Source: a virus
DNA length: 64,000 nt
Direction: 5' to 3' (one strand)
Virus record (IMG/VR): IMGVR_UViG_3300023174_003623
Span: 90,778 to 154,777 of that record
In this document: positions 29,935 through 40,409 of the stretch, in pieces
Layout of the letters: each line of letters begins with the position of its first letter
Numbering within the stretch: the stretch's first letter is position 1
Position numbers and translations under genes: made by a program
Notes under the pieces: generated by a model
Told to the model about the DNA's origin: nothing
Databases searched by the model: none
What the model saw: only the letters and a program-made list of their open reading frames with translations

Positions 29935-30449
29935 AAGTAGTTAATATTAAATCTGTAGGAACAGGAAAAGTATATGACATTACAGTTGATGAGCATGAAA
30001 ATTATATTCTTGAAAATGGATTGATAACTCACAATTCAGGGCTTAAATATGCTGCGTCTACTATCGCCATGCTTTCTAAGAAGAAAGATAAAGATGGTAA
30101 CAACGATGTGGTTGGTAACATCATCAAAGTCAAGATGCACAAATCTAGGTTATCGAAAGAGAATGGTCAGGTTGAAGTTCGCTTATCATATGATAAAGGT
30201 CTTGATAAGTATTATGGTTTGCTTGATTTAGCTGAAAAGTATGGTATAATCAAGAAGGTCACTACTCGATACGAGATGCCTAACGGAACTAGGCTTTTTG
30301 GAAAGGAAATTCTATCCAATCCAGAAAAGTATTTCGATGATGAAATGCTTCTTCGTCTAGAAGAGTGTGCCAAAAAAGAATTTAGTTATGGTGGTCAAGG
30401 AGAAATTGATGACAATCGAGAAGACGATTCTATCGAATCTGGTGTTTAA
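29931..30449 (+). CDS. uvsX: Split intein C-half fused to UvsX C-extein
   Basis: 35-aa IntC MKVV...VYDITVD...NGLITHN followed by SGLKYAAS, continuing UvsX. Confidence 0.93.
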   Translation: MKVVNIKSVGTGKVYDITVDEHENYILENGLITHNSGLKYAASTIAMLSKKKDKDGNNDVVGNIIKVKMHKSRLSKENGQVEVRLSYDKGLDKYYGLLDLAEKYGIIKKVTTRYEMPNGTRLFGKEILSNPEKYFDDEMLLRLEECAKKEFSYGGQGEIDDNREDDSIESGV

Positions 30450-31788
30450 TGAACAATATGCTCGTAAAACAATACCCTTTCTCAAAGAAGAATATTTCAA
30501 AGATAATACAGAAAAACGACTTTTTAGACTACTTGATGAATATGTGAAGAAGTACAATGCCTTTCCTTCAAAGGAGGCATTGACAATTGATTCATCAGCT
30601 ATGGCTGACCATACTGAACAATCATTTAAAGAAACACAGGAATATATCGAAGCATTAATTTTTGATTCCTCTACAAAGGAAGAATGGTTGTTAGATCAGA
30701 CCGAGAAGTTTTGTCAAGACCAAGCTTTGTTCAATGCAATTTCTAAATCTATTCAACTTATGAATAGTGACAATTCAGGTATTTCTAAAGGATCTATTCC
30801 TCAGATTTTGGCAGATGCTTTGGCAGTATCTTTCGATACACACATTGGTCACAGTTTCCTTGATGACTGGGAGACTCGATTTAATTCCTATCATTTGAAA
30901 GAGTCTAAGATTCCTTTTGATTTGGAATATTTTAATAAAATTACTCAGGGCGGTCTTTCTCCTAAGACATTGAACATTTGCTTGGCTGGTACTGGTGTTG
31001 GTAAGTCAATGTTTATGTGTCACTGTGCTACCGGTAATCTGATGGCAGGGTATAATGTTTTGTATATCACCCTTGAAATGTCTGAAGAAAAGATTGCTGA
31101 ACGTATTGATGCAAACACTCTTAACGTCACAATCGATGAGTTGTCTTCTCTCTCTAAAGATGTTTATGAAAAGAAGATTAACAAAGCTCGTGAGAAAACT
31201 GTAGGTAAACTCATTATTAAAGAATATCCTACGGCATCTGCTAGTGCTTCTAATTTTCGTTATTTACTGAATGAACTTAAGATTAAGAGAAATTTTGTAC
31301 CTGATATTGTATACATTGATTACTTAAACATTTGTGCATCTTCTCGTTTAAAGACAGGAACAAACTTCAATTCATACACTTACATCAAAGCAATTGCAGA
31401 AGAGCTTCGTGGACTTGCTGTTGAGTTTAACGTACCAATCATTAGTGCGACTCAGACAAATCGCGGAGGTTTTGGAAACTCTGACGTAGAACTTACAGAT
31501 ACTTCGGAATCGTTTGGTCTTCCTGCTACGGCTGACTTTATGTTTGCAATCATCACTAGCGAACAGCTTAACACATTGAATCAATTAATGGTCAAGCAAT
31601 TGAAGAACCGTTATAGTGACCCAAATATGTATAGAAAGTTTGTCATAGGGGTTGACAGGTCTAAGATGAGATTGTATAATCTTGAGGAACGAGCACAGGA
31701 TAACATTATTGATGGTGCTCAACCTTCAATGACAGTTTCCCCTGTCAAAAAAAAATTTGACAAACCCTCATTTCAGGACTTTACTTAA
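30409..31788 (+). CDS. gp41: Replicative DnaB-like helicase
   Basis: [34 protein letters not shown]. Confidence 0.97.
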   Translation: MTIEKTILSNLVFNEQYARKTIPFLKEEYFKDNTEKRLFRLLDEYVKKYNAFPSKEALTIDSSAMADHTEQSFKETQEYIEALIFDSSTKEEWLLDQTEKFCQDQALFNAISKSIQLMNSDNSGISKGSIPQILADALAVSFDTHIGHSFLDDWETRFNSYHLKESKIPFDLEYFNKITQGGLSPKTLNICLAGTGVGKSMFMCHCATGNLMAGYNVLYITLEMSEEKIAERIDANTLNVTIDELSSLSKDVYEKKINKAREKTVGKLIIKEYPTASASASNFRYLLNELKIKRNFVPDIVYIDYLNICASSRLKTGTNFNSYTYIKAIAEELRGLAVEFNVPIISATQTNRGGFGNSDVELTDTSESFGLPATADFMFAIITSEQLNTLNQLMVKQLKNRYSDPNMYRKFVIGVDRSKMRLYNLEERAQDNIIDGAQPSMTVSPVKKKFDKPSFQDFT

Positions 31789-32369
31789 TGAATATCTTTT
31801 TCTTGTCACATGACCCGAATCAATGTGCTGAGTATCACTGTGATAAACATGTGGTCAAGATGATTCTTGAATATGCACAACTATTATCAACCGCTCATCG
31901 TATTCTTGATGGTCAAGAATATGTTGACAACAGTTCTGGGCGTAAAATCAAACGTTGGAAGTTAAATGATGGGCGAGAAGATATGTTGTATAAAGCTACA
32001 CATATCAACCATCCTTCAGCAGTTTGGGCTAGGCAAGGAAAAGCTAATTATTCATGGCTTTATGCATTGTGGGTAAGTTGCCTTAATGAATATACTCATC
32101 GATATGGTAAAGAACATGCTTGCGAAAAACTTAGATTTGTTCTTGTCAACTGTCCTAAAAATCTAAAAGATAATGACTGGTCAGATCCACCGCAAGCAAT
32201 GCCTGACGAATGCAAAACAAGTGATGTTGTAAATGCATATCGTCAATACTACATTATGAAAAAGAATGGATTTGCTCGATGGACTAACCGAGAGATTCCA
32301 AAGTGGTATTCACACGGAATTTTATCTTTACTTACAATCGAATCACAAGCGATGGGTCTATATGATTGA
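31788..32369 (+). CDS. Pyrimidine dimer DNA glycosylase (DenV-like)
   Basis: MNIFFL, HCDKHVVKMILEYAQLLSTAH, HINHPSAVW, YRQYY. Confidence 0.85.
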   Translation: MNIFFLSHDPNQCAEYHCDKHVVKMILEYAQLLSTAHRILDGQEYVDNSSGRKIKRWKLNDGREDMLYKATHINHPSAVWARQGKANYSWLYALWVSCLNEYTHRYGKEHACEKLRFVLVNCPKNLKDNDWSDPPQAMPDECKTSDVVNAYRQYYIMKKNGFARWTNREIPKWYSHGILSLLTIESQAMGLYD

Positions 32370-32811
32370 TATAGAAATAAATGGCATTCGTTCAAATAAG
32401 AAAAAGATGAGTCTCTTTACCGAGGCTCTGAATTTTTATATGAGCAAATTGTTTAATAAAGATCCAAAAATTGAAGTTGAACTTAATTTCATTAAAAATT
32501 TAGATGCCCATGGCTATTGTATTGTAGAAAGTTCTCATTATCCAAAATTTTTTGTGATAGAACTAAATAAAAGCATAGATGAAGAACATCAACTCAGAGC
32601 ACTTGCACATGAATCTGTGCATTGTATGCAATATCGTAAAAACCATCTTCAAAATAAAAAAGATGGTGTTTATTGGAAAGGTGTTTGGTTTGAGTCGATG
32701 GAAAAAAATGAAATGTATTTCACAGCACCTTGGGAAGTGCAAGCATATGAATTAGAAGAAACACTTTACAATGATTTTATGTTACATTATATTGCAATAA
32801 ATAGTAAATAA
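32362..32811 (+). CDS. Putative zinc metallopeptidase
   Basis: LAHESVHCMQ (HExxH), PWEVQAY. Confidence 0.8.
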   Translation: MIDIEINGIRSNKKKMSLFTEALNFYMSKLFNKDPKIEVELNFIKNLDAHGYCIVESSHYPKFFVIELNKSIDEEHQLRALAHESVHCMQYRKNHLQNKKDGVYWKGVWFESMEKNEMYFTAPWEVQAYELEETLYNDFMLHYIAINSK

Positions 32812-32818
32812 AGAATAT

Positions 32819-32891
<73 letters not shown>

Positions 32892-32944
32892 CCTTGAGAG
32901 TCTTCGTCAAGACTCGACCTTATAAATAAGTGTAGGAGGCTTTT

Positions 32945-33505
32945 ATGCACTACACAATTTATAAGATTACAAATAAGATTAACGGCAAGGTCTACATAGG
33001 ATCACATAAGACCAAAAATCTTGATGACGGGTACATGGGTTCAGGAAAGTATCTTAAACGAGCCATAGAAAAAAATGGAATAGAGAATTTTGAGAAAGAA
33101 ATTCTTTTCGTTTATGATAACCCTGAAACCATGTATCAAAAAGAAGGCGAACTTGTTAACGAAGATTTTCTCGCTACAGAAAACACTTACAACTTAAAAG
33201 TTGGTGGTTATGGCGGATTTGATTATATTAACAGCAATAAATTAAACGTCTACGAAAATGCCGGTAAAATCGGGTATGGTGGAGAAAATTTATTAAGAAG
33301 CCATACAGAAGAAACGAAAAAGAAAATAAGCGAGAAAAATAAAATCTCCCAAAAAGGAGAAAAAAATTCTCAATATGGAACTAAATGGGTTCATAATCCT
33401 TTGACTAAAAAATCAAAAAAGATAAAGGGCGAACTTGAAGAAGGTTGGCTGTTAGGTAAATATAAATTACCTAAATCAAAAGTAATTTCTATCCGTGTGG
33501 TGTAA
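32945..33505 (+). CDS. GIY-YIG (Seg-like) homing endonuclease
   Basis: IYKITNKINGKVYIG, YMGSG, YNLKVGG; late promoter at 32921. Confidence 0.92.
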   Translation: MHYTIYKITNKINGKVYIGSHKTKNLDDGYMGSGKYLKRAIEKNGIENFEKEILFVYDNPETMYQKEGELVNEDFLATENTYNLKVGGYGGFDYINSNKLNVYENAGKIGYGGENLLRSHTEETKKKISEKNKISQKGEKNSQYGTKWVHNPLTKKSKKIKGELEEGWLLGKYKLPKSKVISIRVV

Positions 33506-33564
33506 CGGCAGCACAACTGTCTCCAAAATAGTTAGTTGAGGTTCAAATCCTTACACGGATGCCA
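33491..33564 (+). tRNA. tRNA-Trp(CCA)
   Basis: ATCCGTG/CACGGAT acceptor, CT-CCA-AA loop, GGTTCAAATCC, encoded CCA. Confidence 0.88.
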
Positions 33565-33568
33565 AATT

Positions 33569-33841
33569 ATGAAAAACATTTTACGATGGATAAAACATGA
33601 TTTCAATTCAAATCCTTTTAGGTTTGTTATTGAGTGTCTCGCTTGGTGTGGCAGTATCGGAAGTGCTATTGGAATGGCGCTTACCGTTCCTAATCCTCCC
33701 CTTATGGTGTTTTATCCTATATGGATTACTAGTTGCGGTATGTACGCTTGGTCTGCTTTTACTCGCAGGTCATTCAGTATGCTCTTAAATTATGTACTTC
33801 TAATGACGATTGATTCGATTGCACTTTATAGAATGTTATAA
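33569..33841 (+). CDS. Small membrane protein
   Basis: Three hydrophobic segments. Confidence 0.65.
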   Translation: MKNILRWIKHDFNSNPFRFVIECLAWCGSIGSAIGMALTVPNPPLMVFYPIWITSCGMYAWSAFTRRSFSMLLNYVLLMTIDSIALYRML

Positions 33842-33876
33842 ATATCATTTCTATCAACCAGCTTAAACAGTAGGAG

Positions 33877-34062
33877 ATGTCTATGTATAAGCAAGTAAAC
33901 TATTATGAAGTTGATAATTTCAATACACTTGAAATATTGTATCAACAATTACACGATCAATATAAAAATGTCGAAAAACGTTTAATTAAAACACTCGACG
34001 AAAACATGACTCTTAAATCGTTATATTCAGAAAATAAAAATCTACATCCTTTTATCGACTAA
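33877..34062 (+). CDS. Hypothetical protein
   Basis: AGGAG RBS; TATAAATA at 33837. Confidence 0.5.
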   Translation: MSMYKQVNYYEVDNFNTLEILYQQLHDQYKNVEKRLIKTLDENMTLKSLYSENKNLHPFID

Positions 34063-34379
34063 TGAAAACATGTCCTAAATGTGGCAAGGATCATGAGCGA
34101 AACGGAAAATTTTGCTCATCCTCTTGTGCTAATAGTAGGACATGGACTGAAGAAGATAAGAAAAAAAAATCTGATTCTTATAAAAAATTTTATAAGACTG
34201 AAGAAGGTGAACTAAATAAATGGATAAAGGGGAAAAGGAATTCCAAAGATGGATTTCTTCCCATGGATTCGATAGAAGTCTTAGAAAAAGTAGAAGATGA
34301 TTATATAATTCCATATAATTTTGAAGAAGATACTTCAAGATTTGTTTCAGGTGGAGATGTGTGGTTCGTTGATGAATGA
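34062..34379 (+). CDS. Zinc-finger protein
   Basis: CPKC...FCSSSCAN. Confidence 0.65.
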   Translation: MKTCPKCGKDHERNGKFCSSSCANSRTWTEEDKKKKSDSYKKFYKTEEGELNKWIKGKRNSKDGFLPMDSIEVLEKVEDDYIIPYNFEEDTSRFVSGGDVWFVDE

Positions 34380-35089
34380 GGTGCAACATGTTTGAACATG
34401 CAAAAAGTAATTTTATTGTTGTTTTTAAAAATTTTAAAAGATATGATTGCTTAGAGTTGTCTATAAAAACTACTAAACATTTTATACCTGAAAGTGATAT
34501 TTTTTGTGTTGACATGATGGGTGAACAATATTCAGAATCTTTTAAAGATTTAATTCCTCTCCCTAAATCTCAAATTTTTAATCGCCCCACAAAATACATA
34601 GCATCAAATCCACAATTTATAGAATCGTGGAGACCTTATAATTGTTTATTTTTTTCCGAAGGATATAATACAATATTTGATATTTTTCAAAATTTCAATG
34701 GAAAAATTTTGGCAATAAATGAAGATCAATTTTTTACTAATGGTAATACGCTTAAAGAACTAAAGGAAAATGACTTTGATTTGGCATGGGCTAATTGGGT
34801 GTGGCCTGATGAAAACACTGTAAATGGTAGCATATTATGTTTTAATCCAATTAAATGTAAAAACTTATTTCCTTTACCAGAAGAACCTACTTATGTAGAT
34901 AAGCGTTTGTATGAACATATCATGACTAAACATGAAGAACTGGACATAAAATTATATAAGATGAAAAATAGAGTGGGAGATAATTATATGCAAGATGGTA
35001 TAAGAGTTACTATCGATAAAGGGTATTCTGAAAAACAACAAATGATAGAATACTTATCGTATAATTTACCATCGGTGCTTAATATATGA
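34376..35089 (+). CDS. Glycosyltransferase-like hypothetical protein
   Basis: ILAINEDQFF (DxD-like), NGSIL; adjacent to heptose genes. Confidence 0.45.
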   Translation: MRCNMFEHAKSNFIVVFKNFKRYDCLELSIKTTKHFIPESDIFCVDMMGEQYSESFKDLIPLPKSQIFNRPTKYIASNPQFIESWRPYNCLFFSEGYNTIFDIFQNFNGKILAINEDQFFTNGNTLKELKENDFDLAWANWVWPDENTVNGSILCFNPIKCKNLFPLPEEPTYVDKRLYEHIMTKHEELDIKLYKMKNRVGDNYMQDGIRVTIDKGYSEKQQMIEYLSYNLPSVLNI

Positions 35090-35844
35090 AAAAACCATTT
35101 ATTCTTTTAATTGGCGATAATTGCCGTGATATCTATTATTATGGCAATGTAAATCGAATTAGTCCAGAAGCTCCTGTTCCTATTTTAGATTCTTCTTTTA
35201 AAGAAGAAAAATATGGAATGGCAGGTAATGTATGGCACAATTTAGAAAAACTTGGTTGTGATATTGTATTCCTCACTTCTGGGCGGTCTTCAAAAACTCG
35301 ATTTATTGATGTTAAAACCAATCAGCATTTAATTCGATTTGATGAAGATCCAAAACGAGAGCCAGTCAAATTACCTTCTTTACATTCCAACACATCTGTA
35401 TTTGACGCAATAGTAATTTCTGATTATGATAAAGGTTCTGTTACTTACGATACCATTGATTATATTAAAACTTATTATGATGGTCCAATTTTCATAGATA
35501 CTAAGAAAAAAGATCTTGCCCGATTTGAAGGTATGTATGTCAAGATTAATCAAAAAGAATATGAAGATGCTATCTCTTATCCAGAAGAACATTTGATTAC
35601 AACTTTAGGTGATATTGGAGCGTCGTATAAAGGTAAATTGTATGGAACTAAAAGTATAGATAAGTTTGATGTATGTGGTGCTGGTGACACTTTCTTTGCT
35701 TCTTTGATTTATAAGTTTCTCTTTACAAAAGACATAGAACAAAGTATAATTTTTGCAAACGCAGCAAGTGCTGTAACAGTCCAACATAATGGAGTATATT
35801 CACCATCAATAAGTGAAATTGAAGAGGTATTAAATGACAAGTAA
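35086..35844 (+). CDS. HldE/RfaE-type heptose-7-phosphate kinase domain (PfkB family)
   Basis: RISPEAPVP, GMAGNV, ISDYDKG, DVCGAGDTF. Confidence 0.9.
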   Translation: MKKPFILLIGDNCRDIYYYGNVNRISPEAPVPILDSSFKEEKYGMAGNVWHNLEKLGCDIVFLTSGRSSKTRFIDVKTNQHLIRFDEDPKREPVKLPSLHSNTSVFDAIVISDYDKGSVTYDTIDYIKTYYDGPIFIDTKKKDLARFEGMYVKINQKEYEDAISYPEEHLITTLGDIGASYKGKLYGTKSIDKFDVCGAGDTFFASLIYKFLFTKDIEQSIIFANAASAVTVQHNGVYSPSISEIEEVLNDK

Positions 35845-36676
35845 ATTAGGGATAATTCAACTGCGAGGTGGTGGAGATTGTTTAATTACACTTCCTATTG
35901 CAAAACATTTTTATGATAAGGGACATGAAGTTTATTGGGTAATCGATGGTGCTTTTCAAAAGGCATTTCAATATGCCGCCCCTTATGTAAATTTTCTTCC
36001 TTTATCAGTAGAAGAAAAGTCAATTCAATCTAATATTCGCAATCCATATTGGTTTGAGACACCGAGGCAAATGTTATTGGATGAAGGATGTTCTGAAATA
36101 ATAAGTTTTCCGTATGAAGAAATCTTACACTTTTCAAAAATTGGCATGCCTTCTCGATTGATTGATCCAGTTCCAATTCGTGCTAAAGAACTTGGTCTAC
36201 CTTTCCATACTACATTTGATCAATTTAAATATGCTGCAACAAGTGTTCCTTTTGAAAAAAAATGGAATCTTGACATTCGACGTAATCTTAAACAAGAAAA
36301 AGAATTATATGATCGTTTGGTTTGGGATAAGGCTGGTCCATATATTATTGCTCACACTTCTGGTGCGATGGGAAGAATTAAGTATGAACTTGATTTAAGA
36401 AATTTTGCTATTAATATTGGTTTAGCTGAAGCACAGATTATTGAAATAAGCGATTTAACTGACAACATTTTTGATTGGATTACTCTTATTGAAAAGAGTG
36501 CATGTTTTGTTGGAATTGATTCATTTTTTGTGAATTTGGTAGAGCAACTTCAAATGAAAATAAGAAAGTTTTTCATTCGTCGATCACCTACTAATTTTAC
36601 ACCAGTATTAAAAGGTACTTGGGATTATTTGCCGATTTCATTGGCTACCGATCAGCCACACGATCTACAGTTTTAA
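35834..36676 (+). CDS. GT9 (heptosyltransferase)-like glycosyltransferase
   Basis: GGGDCLITLP N-terminal motif, IFDWITLIE, FVGIDS. Confidence 0.7.
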   Translation: MTSKLGIIQLRGGGDCLITLPIAKHFYDKGHEVYWVIDGAFQKAFQYAAPYVNFLPLSVEEKSIQSNIRNPYWFETPRQMLLDEGCSEIISFPYEEILHFSKIGMPSRLIDPVPIRAKELGLPFHTTFDQFKYAATSVPFEKKWNLDIRRNLKQEKELYDRLVWDKAGPYIIAHTSGAMGRIKYELDLRNFAINIGLAEAQIIEISDLTDNIFDWITLIEKSACFVGIDSFFVNLVEQLQMKIRKFFIRRSPTNFTPVLKGTWDYLPISLATDQPHDLQF

Positions 36677-36687
36677 GAGGTAACAGT

Positions 36688-36864
36688 ATGAAATATGATA
36701 AAAATTATAAGATGAATAAAATGACTAAGATAATGCTTAGTTTAATGCCTGATCAAAGCAGTTATTCTTTAGTAAAAAAGGCATTTATTGAAGCTGAACA
36801 ACATGCTTTTAATTCTAAAAAGAAAATGTCAGTTAAACATATACCATCCGATACAGAAGAATAA
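36688..36864 (+). CDS. Hypothetical protein
   Basis: GAGG RBS. Confidence 0.5.
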   Translation: MKYDKNYKMNKMTKIMLSLMPDQSSYSLVKKAFIEAEQHAFNSKKKMSVKHIPSDTEE

Positions 36865-36938
36865 GATTTAATATATAGAAAATGTATTTCATATAAATAT
36901 CAATATCTTATACTCACTGCTTTTATAGAGGAACTACC

Positions 36939-37589
36939 ATGGCAAAGAAGTTTACGCAATTTGTTCAAGAAGCCCATATCAAGACAATCAATGAAGACGA
37001 ACTTACTCATTTTATAAATGAATTGGTTGAAGAACATGATTTGACTGAAGAAGAAACTCAAGAAGTGCTTGACGAACTTTTTGGAATTGGTAGCACATTG
37101 AAACGAGTTGGTAGTGTTGTAGCTTCCCCATTCAAACATGTTGGTGCATGGGTTAAAGGGAAAGTAGATAAAGCAAAATCTGGTATTCATGCTTTAAAAG
37201 TTAAATCTCGTGCAGCAGATATAAAAAGTGCTGGTAAATTGTCTGCCGCTAGACAAGCTAGTGCAACAAGTGTATCAGATACTTATAAAAAATCTGCTGG
37301 TGCAGATTCTGAACGTACTAAAGCAAGACAAGTTCGTCAAGCAACTATTCGCACACGAAAAGCTGGTGGTGGTGTAACTTCAACAGGCAGTGCATATATC
37401 ACTCATCCAGAAACGGGTCGGCATGTTGCTATTTCTCATGATGATGCTGGTGCAATTGGTAGAGGTGAAAAGAAAGCCTCTGATGTAATTAAAGCTAAAG
37501 CACCTAAACCAAAGGCAGTTGCTCCAGCACCTAAACCAAAAGCTAAGGCTCCTTCATCAGTTGTTAGATCACCAAGACGTAGCAGATAA
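36939..37589 (+). CDS. Basic K/A/P-rich protein with capsid-targeting-like N-terminus
   Basis: MAKKFTQFVQE; acidic N-terminus, histone-H1-like C-terminus; TATAAATA at 36892. Confidence 0.65.
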   Translation: MAKKFTQFVQEAHIKTINEDELTHFINELVEEHDLTEEETQEVLDELFGIGSTLKRVGSVVASPFKHVGAWVKGKVDKAKSGIHALKVKSRAADIKSAGKLSAARQASATSVSDTYKKSAGADSERTKARQVRQATIRTRKAGGGVTSTGSAYITHPETGRHVAISHDDAGAIGRGEKKASDVIKAKAPKPKAVAPAPKPKAKAPSSVVRSPRRSR

Positions 37590-37600
37590 AGGACTTATTA

Positions 37601-37873
37601 ATGGATTATTTAACCATTAAAGAACTTGTGCTAGAAATTGTTGAAGAGATTTTGTCTTCTGACGAGGATTTGCAAGAACTTTTTGTCAGAAGACGAAAAT
37701 CTGCTGTACCAAAGAAAAGAGGTCAATACCCTCAAAAAGTTGATCGTCACAAATATGTGAAACAATTCAGACCTTTTGCTACTCGTGGTGGATTTCAGAT
37801 TGATGCTCGATATGTGCGTAGAGGTGGGCCAACATCAAATCCTTTGAATCCTGTCAGACCACCTCGTCCTTAA
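37601..37873 (+). CDS. Hypothetical protein, acidic N-terminus and Arg-rich C-terminus
   Basis: AAGGA RBS, same late operon. Confidence 0.6.
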   Translation: MDYLTIKELVLEIVEEILSSDEDLQELFVRRRKSAVPKKRGQYPQKVDRHKYVKQFRPFATRGGFQIDARYVRRGGPTSNPLNPVRPPRP

Positions 37874-37878
37874 AATTA

Positions 37879-38781
37879 ATGAAATCTTTGCATCAGTTTA
37901 TAAAAGAAAAAGTTGCATCAGGTAAAGTTATCAATGCAGAAGAAAGCCCTTTATATAAAAAAAGAGATAAACCAGAAGAAAAACTATCTTCAGAAGAAGA
38001 AGTTCAAAAAGCTCTTAATACTGATGCCACATCCAGAAGAATAATTGCAAAAAATATTCAACATCCTGTAGGTACTCGGATTGGTGCGCGACTTAATCTT
38101 AACGTATTAAAAAATAATGGTATTCCTGTTTTAACAATTCATAAAGGTTCTAAAAGAGGAGGATCTTATGGTGGTGAGGCTCAAGCTTACCATCATGTTG
38201 TAACCCTTCATAATGTAGAATTTAACGTCAATCAATCAGCAAGAGATGCTATTGCAACGGGTAGAGAAAATAAAAGTGCAATGGCTTCAGTTGATGGCGA
38301 AATACAAGATCCTAGCAAGCATAGTTTTAATGGTGTAGTTGCTAAATTCAATCCAAAACGTCAACATGTATTTGTAGATGAAAATGGACGGGCAATTAAG
38401 TCTGCTGAAGATGTAACTCTACATGGAAATCGTGCATACTTGCGTGGAAAAATTGAATATCATAACGCAGAAACAATACCGCATCCTATAGGGGATTCGC
38501 CTTCAGATGCAAAATTACATGAAAAAAGGAATTTAGGAGAAACTAATATGTCAAAACTAAAAGAAATCATTCACCAGTATGTTGTAGAAGCACTTGAAGA
38601 GATTCTTGACGAAGGTGTTGAGCGTGAAGCCAGACTTCAAAATAGCGTCTTGAATGATCCTACAAATCAAGATAAAAGAGATGCATTAGAACGTGCAGTA
38701 ACAAAAAACGTTAGAAGAAAAGTTAGAGCTATGAGAAAGCGTCTTTTTGTGCCAAAACCCGATGATAAGTATGATGACTAA
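37879..38781 (+). CDS. Hypothetical protein with capsid-targeting-like N-terminus; internal in-frame start at 38548
   Basis: MKSLHQFIKE; AGGAG-N8-ATG at 38548. Confidence 0.6.
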   Translation: MKSLHQFIKEKVASGKVINAEESPLYKKRDKPEEKLSSEEEVQKALNTDATSRRIIAKNIQHPVGTRIGARLNLNVLKNNGIPVLTIHKGSKRGGSYGGEAQAYHHVVTLHNVEFNVNQSARDAIATGRENKSAMASVDGEIQDPSKHSFNGVVAKFNPKRQHVFVDENGRAIKSAEDVTLHGNRAYLRGKIEYHNAETIPHPIGDSPSDAKLHEKRNLGETNMSKLKEIIHQYVVEALEEILDEGVEREARLQNSVLNDPTNQDKRDALERAVTKNVRRKVRAMRKRLFVPKPDDKYDD

Positions 38782-38787
38782 ATTTAA

Positions 38788-39108
38788 GTGATATCTTTTA
38801 TTGATTACATTCTCGAAGTAAAGCATACAAAGCGAACCAAGAGAATAAAAAGGGGAAAAGCAAAGGAGCCAACACAGCCAAGACAAAGTGATTGGCCTCC
38901 TTTCACCCCTGAGCCTCCATCATATACAAACAGCACTGGTATAGCGGAACAGGAAGGCGAACCCACAAAGCCTAACAACCCTACACCTTTGCCACCTTCT
39001 AATCCCCCCCAAAAGAAGAAGAAGCCATCTAAAAGCACTTCTCTTTTTGGGTCTGGGTTTACAGGTCTTTCAAGCGGTCTTCCTCCGACTTCTGCACAGG
39101 GCAATTAA
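38788..39108 (+). CDS. Pro-rich protein with capsid-targeting-like N-terminus
   Basis: GTG start, MISFIDYILE. Confidence 0.55.
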   Translation: MISFIDYILEVKHTKRTKRIKRGKAKEPTQPRQSDWPPFTPEPPSYTNSTGIAEQEGEPTKPNNPTPLPPSNPPQKKKKPSKSTSLFGSGFTGLSSGLPPTSAQGN

Positions 39109-39165
39109 ACTCTTTACTTTTTAAAAAAACTCTGTATAATTGCCTTCATCTTAACAGGAGGCGAT

Positions 39166-39396
39166 ATGAAAGTTAAATTTGATCCGTCCAACCCTAGCCA
39201 TCTCAGGTCTTATCGAATTTTCTTGACACATAAGACTTGGTTGAATGGCTGCATCTTTGAACTAGAATGGCCGTATCATGACATTCCCGTGATGATTCAG
39301 GCAAAAATTATTGATAAATATCTTGACAAACTTATCAAAATGATGGATACTGAATCTTCTGAAAACAAAACTAAACGTCAACGAAAAAGTGCTTGA
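39166..39396 (+). CDS. Hypothetical protein
   Basis: AGGAGG RBS, upstream TATAAT. Confidence 0.65.
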   Translation: MKVKFDPSNPSHLRSYRIFLTHKTWLNGCIFELEWPYHDIPVMIQAKIIDKYLDKLIKMMDTESSENKTKRQRKSA

Positions 39397-39452
39397 CAAG
39401 TTTTCAAAAGAATTGTACACTAGTTTTCGTAATAACAATTGAGGTGATTTAT

Positions 39453-40409
39453 ATGGCTCATATGATTGAAGAAATTAATGGTGTTGCTCAAATGGCATAT
39501 TCTATTTCGGGTGAAGTACCTTGGCACAGTCTTGGTAAACCAGTTCCGCCCGATCTGTCTCCGAAGCAGATGCTAGAGGCTGCTGGTGTAAACTGGACTG
39601 TTCGCAAGGTTCCGGCTTTTGCAAATGTGAACGGTAAGAACGTAGCGGTTGGTCGTTCTGCTCTGGTTCGCGATTCTGATGATAGCATTCTTGATGTTGT
39701 CTCTGATGATTGGAACATTCTTCAGAACGAAAGTGCTTTTGAGTTCTTTCATGATTTTGTTGCTGCCGGTGAGATGGAAATGCACACTGCTGGTTCTCTT
39801 CGTAACGGTCAGATTGTCTGGGCACTTGCGAAGGTTAATGATGGCTTTGAGCTTTTTAAGGGTGATACTGTAGACTCTTATCTACTCTTCACCAATCCGC
39901 ATCGTTATGGTTGGAGTATTGACGTTCGCTTTAGTCCGATTCGTACCGTGTGTTGGAATACCTTGACTCTTTCGTTGAATACTGCTTCTACGAACATGGT
40001 GAAGGTTTCTCACCGCCGACAGTTTGATTCGGATATGGTGAAGGAAACTCTTGGTGTTGCTAAAGAGAAGTTGGGTAAGTATAAGGAAATGGCTTCTTAT
40101 TTGGGTGCCAAGCGTTATACTGAACAGTCTCTTGTGGAATACTTCAAGAAAGTATTTCCGGTTTCTGGTGCTGGTGAAAAGGAAATGTCTCGTTCTGCTA
40201 GTAAGGCTCTTGATATCATTCATACGCAGCCCGGAGCTTCATATGCTGAAGGTTCTTACTGGCAAGCGTGGAATGCGACTACATATATGGTAGACCACAT
40301 TATTGGTCGTAACAATGACAATCGCCTTACGTCAGCTTGGTATGGTCAGGGCAAGACTCTTAAGAATAAGGCTCTTGAACTTGCGATTACTATGGCTGAA
40401 GCTGCATAG
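39453..40409 (+). CDS. DUF932 / TIGR03299 phage-plasmid protein
   Basis: VPWHSLG, LQNESAFEFF, TAGSLRNG, IRTVCWNTL; promoter TTGACA-N17-TACACT at 39394; GAGG RBS. Confidence 0.88.
   Translation: MAHMIEEINGVAQMAYSISGEVPWHSLGKPVPPDLSPKQMLEAAGVNWTVRKVPAFANVNGKNVAVGRSALVRDSDDSILDVVSDDWNILQNESAFEFFHDFVAAGEMEMHTAGSLRNGQIVWALAKVNDGFELFKGDTVDSYLLFTNPHRYGWSIDVRFSPIRTVCWNTLTLSLNTASTNMVKVSHRRQFDSDMVKETLGVAKEKLGKYKEMASYLGAKRYTEQSLVEYFKKVFPVSGAGEKEMSRSASKALDIIHTQPGASYAEGSYWQAWNATTYMVDHIIGRNNDNRLTSAWYGQGKTLKNKALELAITMAEAA

Larger units (their letters stand above)
28934..30035 (+). mobile_element. Split intein (IntN 28934-29200, IntC 29931-30035) enclosing a free-standing homing endonuclease
   Basis: C1 start, TxxH, VYDITV, terminal THN followed by Ser+1. 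Confidence 0.92.

Noticed and set aside
38805-39104. Gly-rich minus-strand ORF
   Set aside because: Antisense shadow of the Pro-rich + strand gene.
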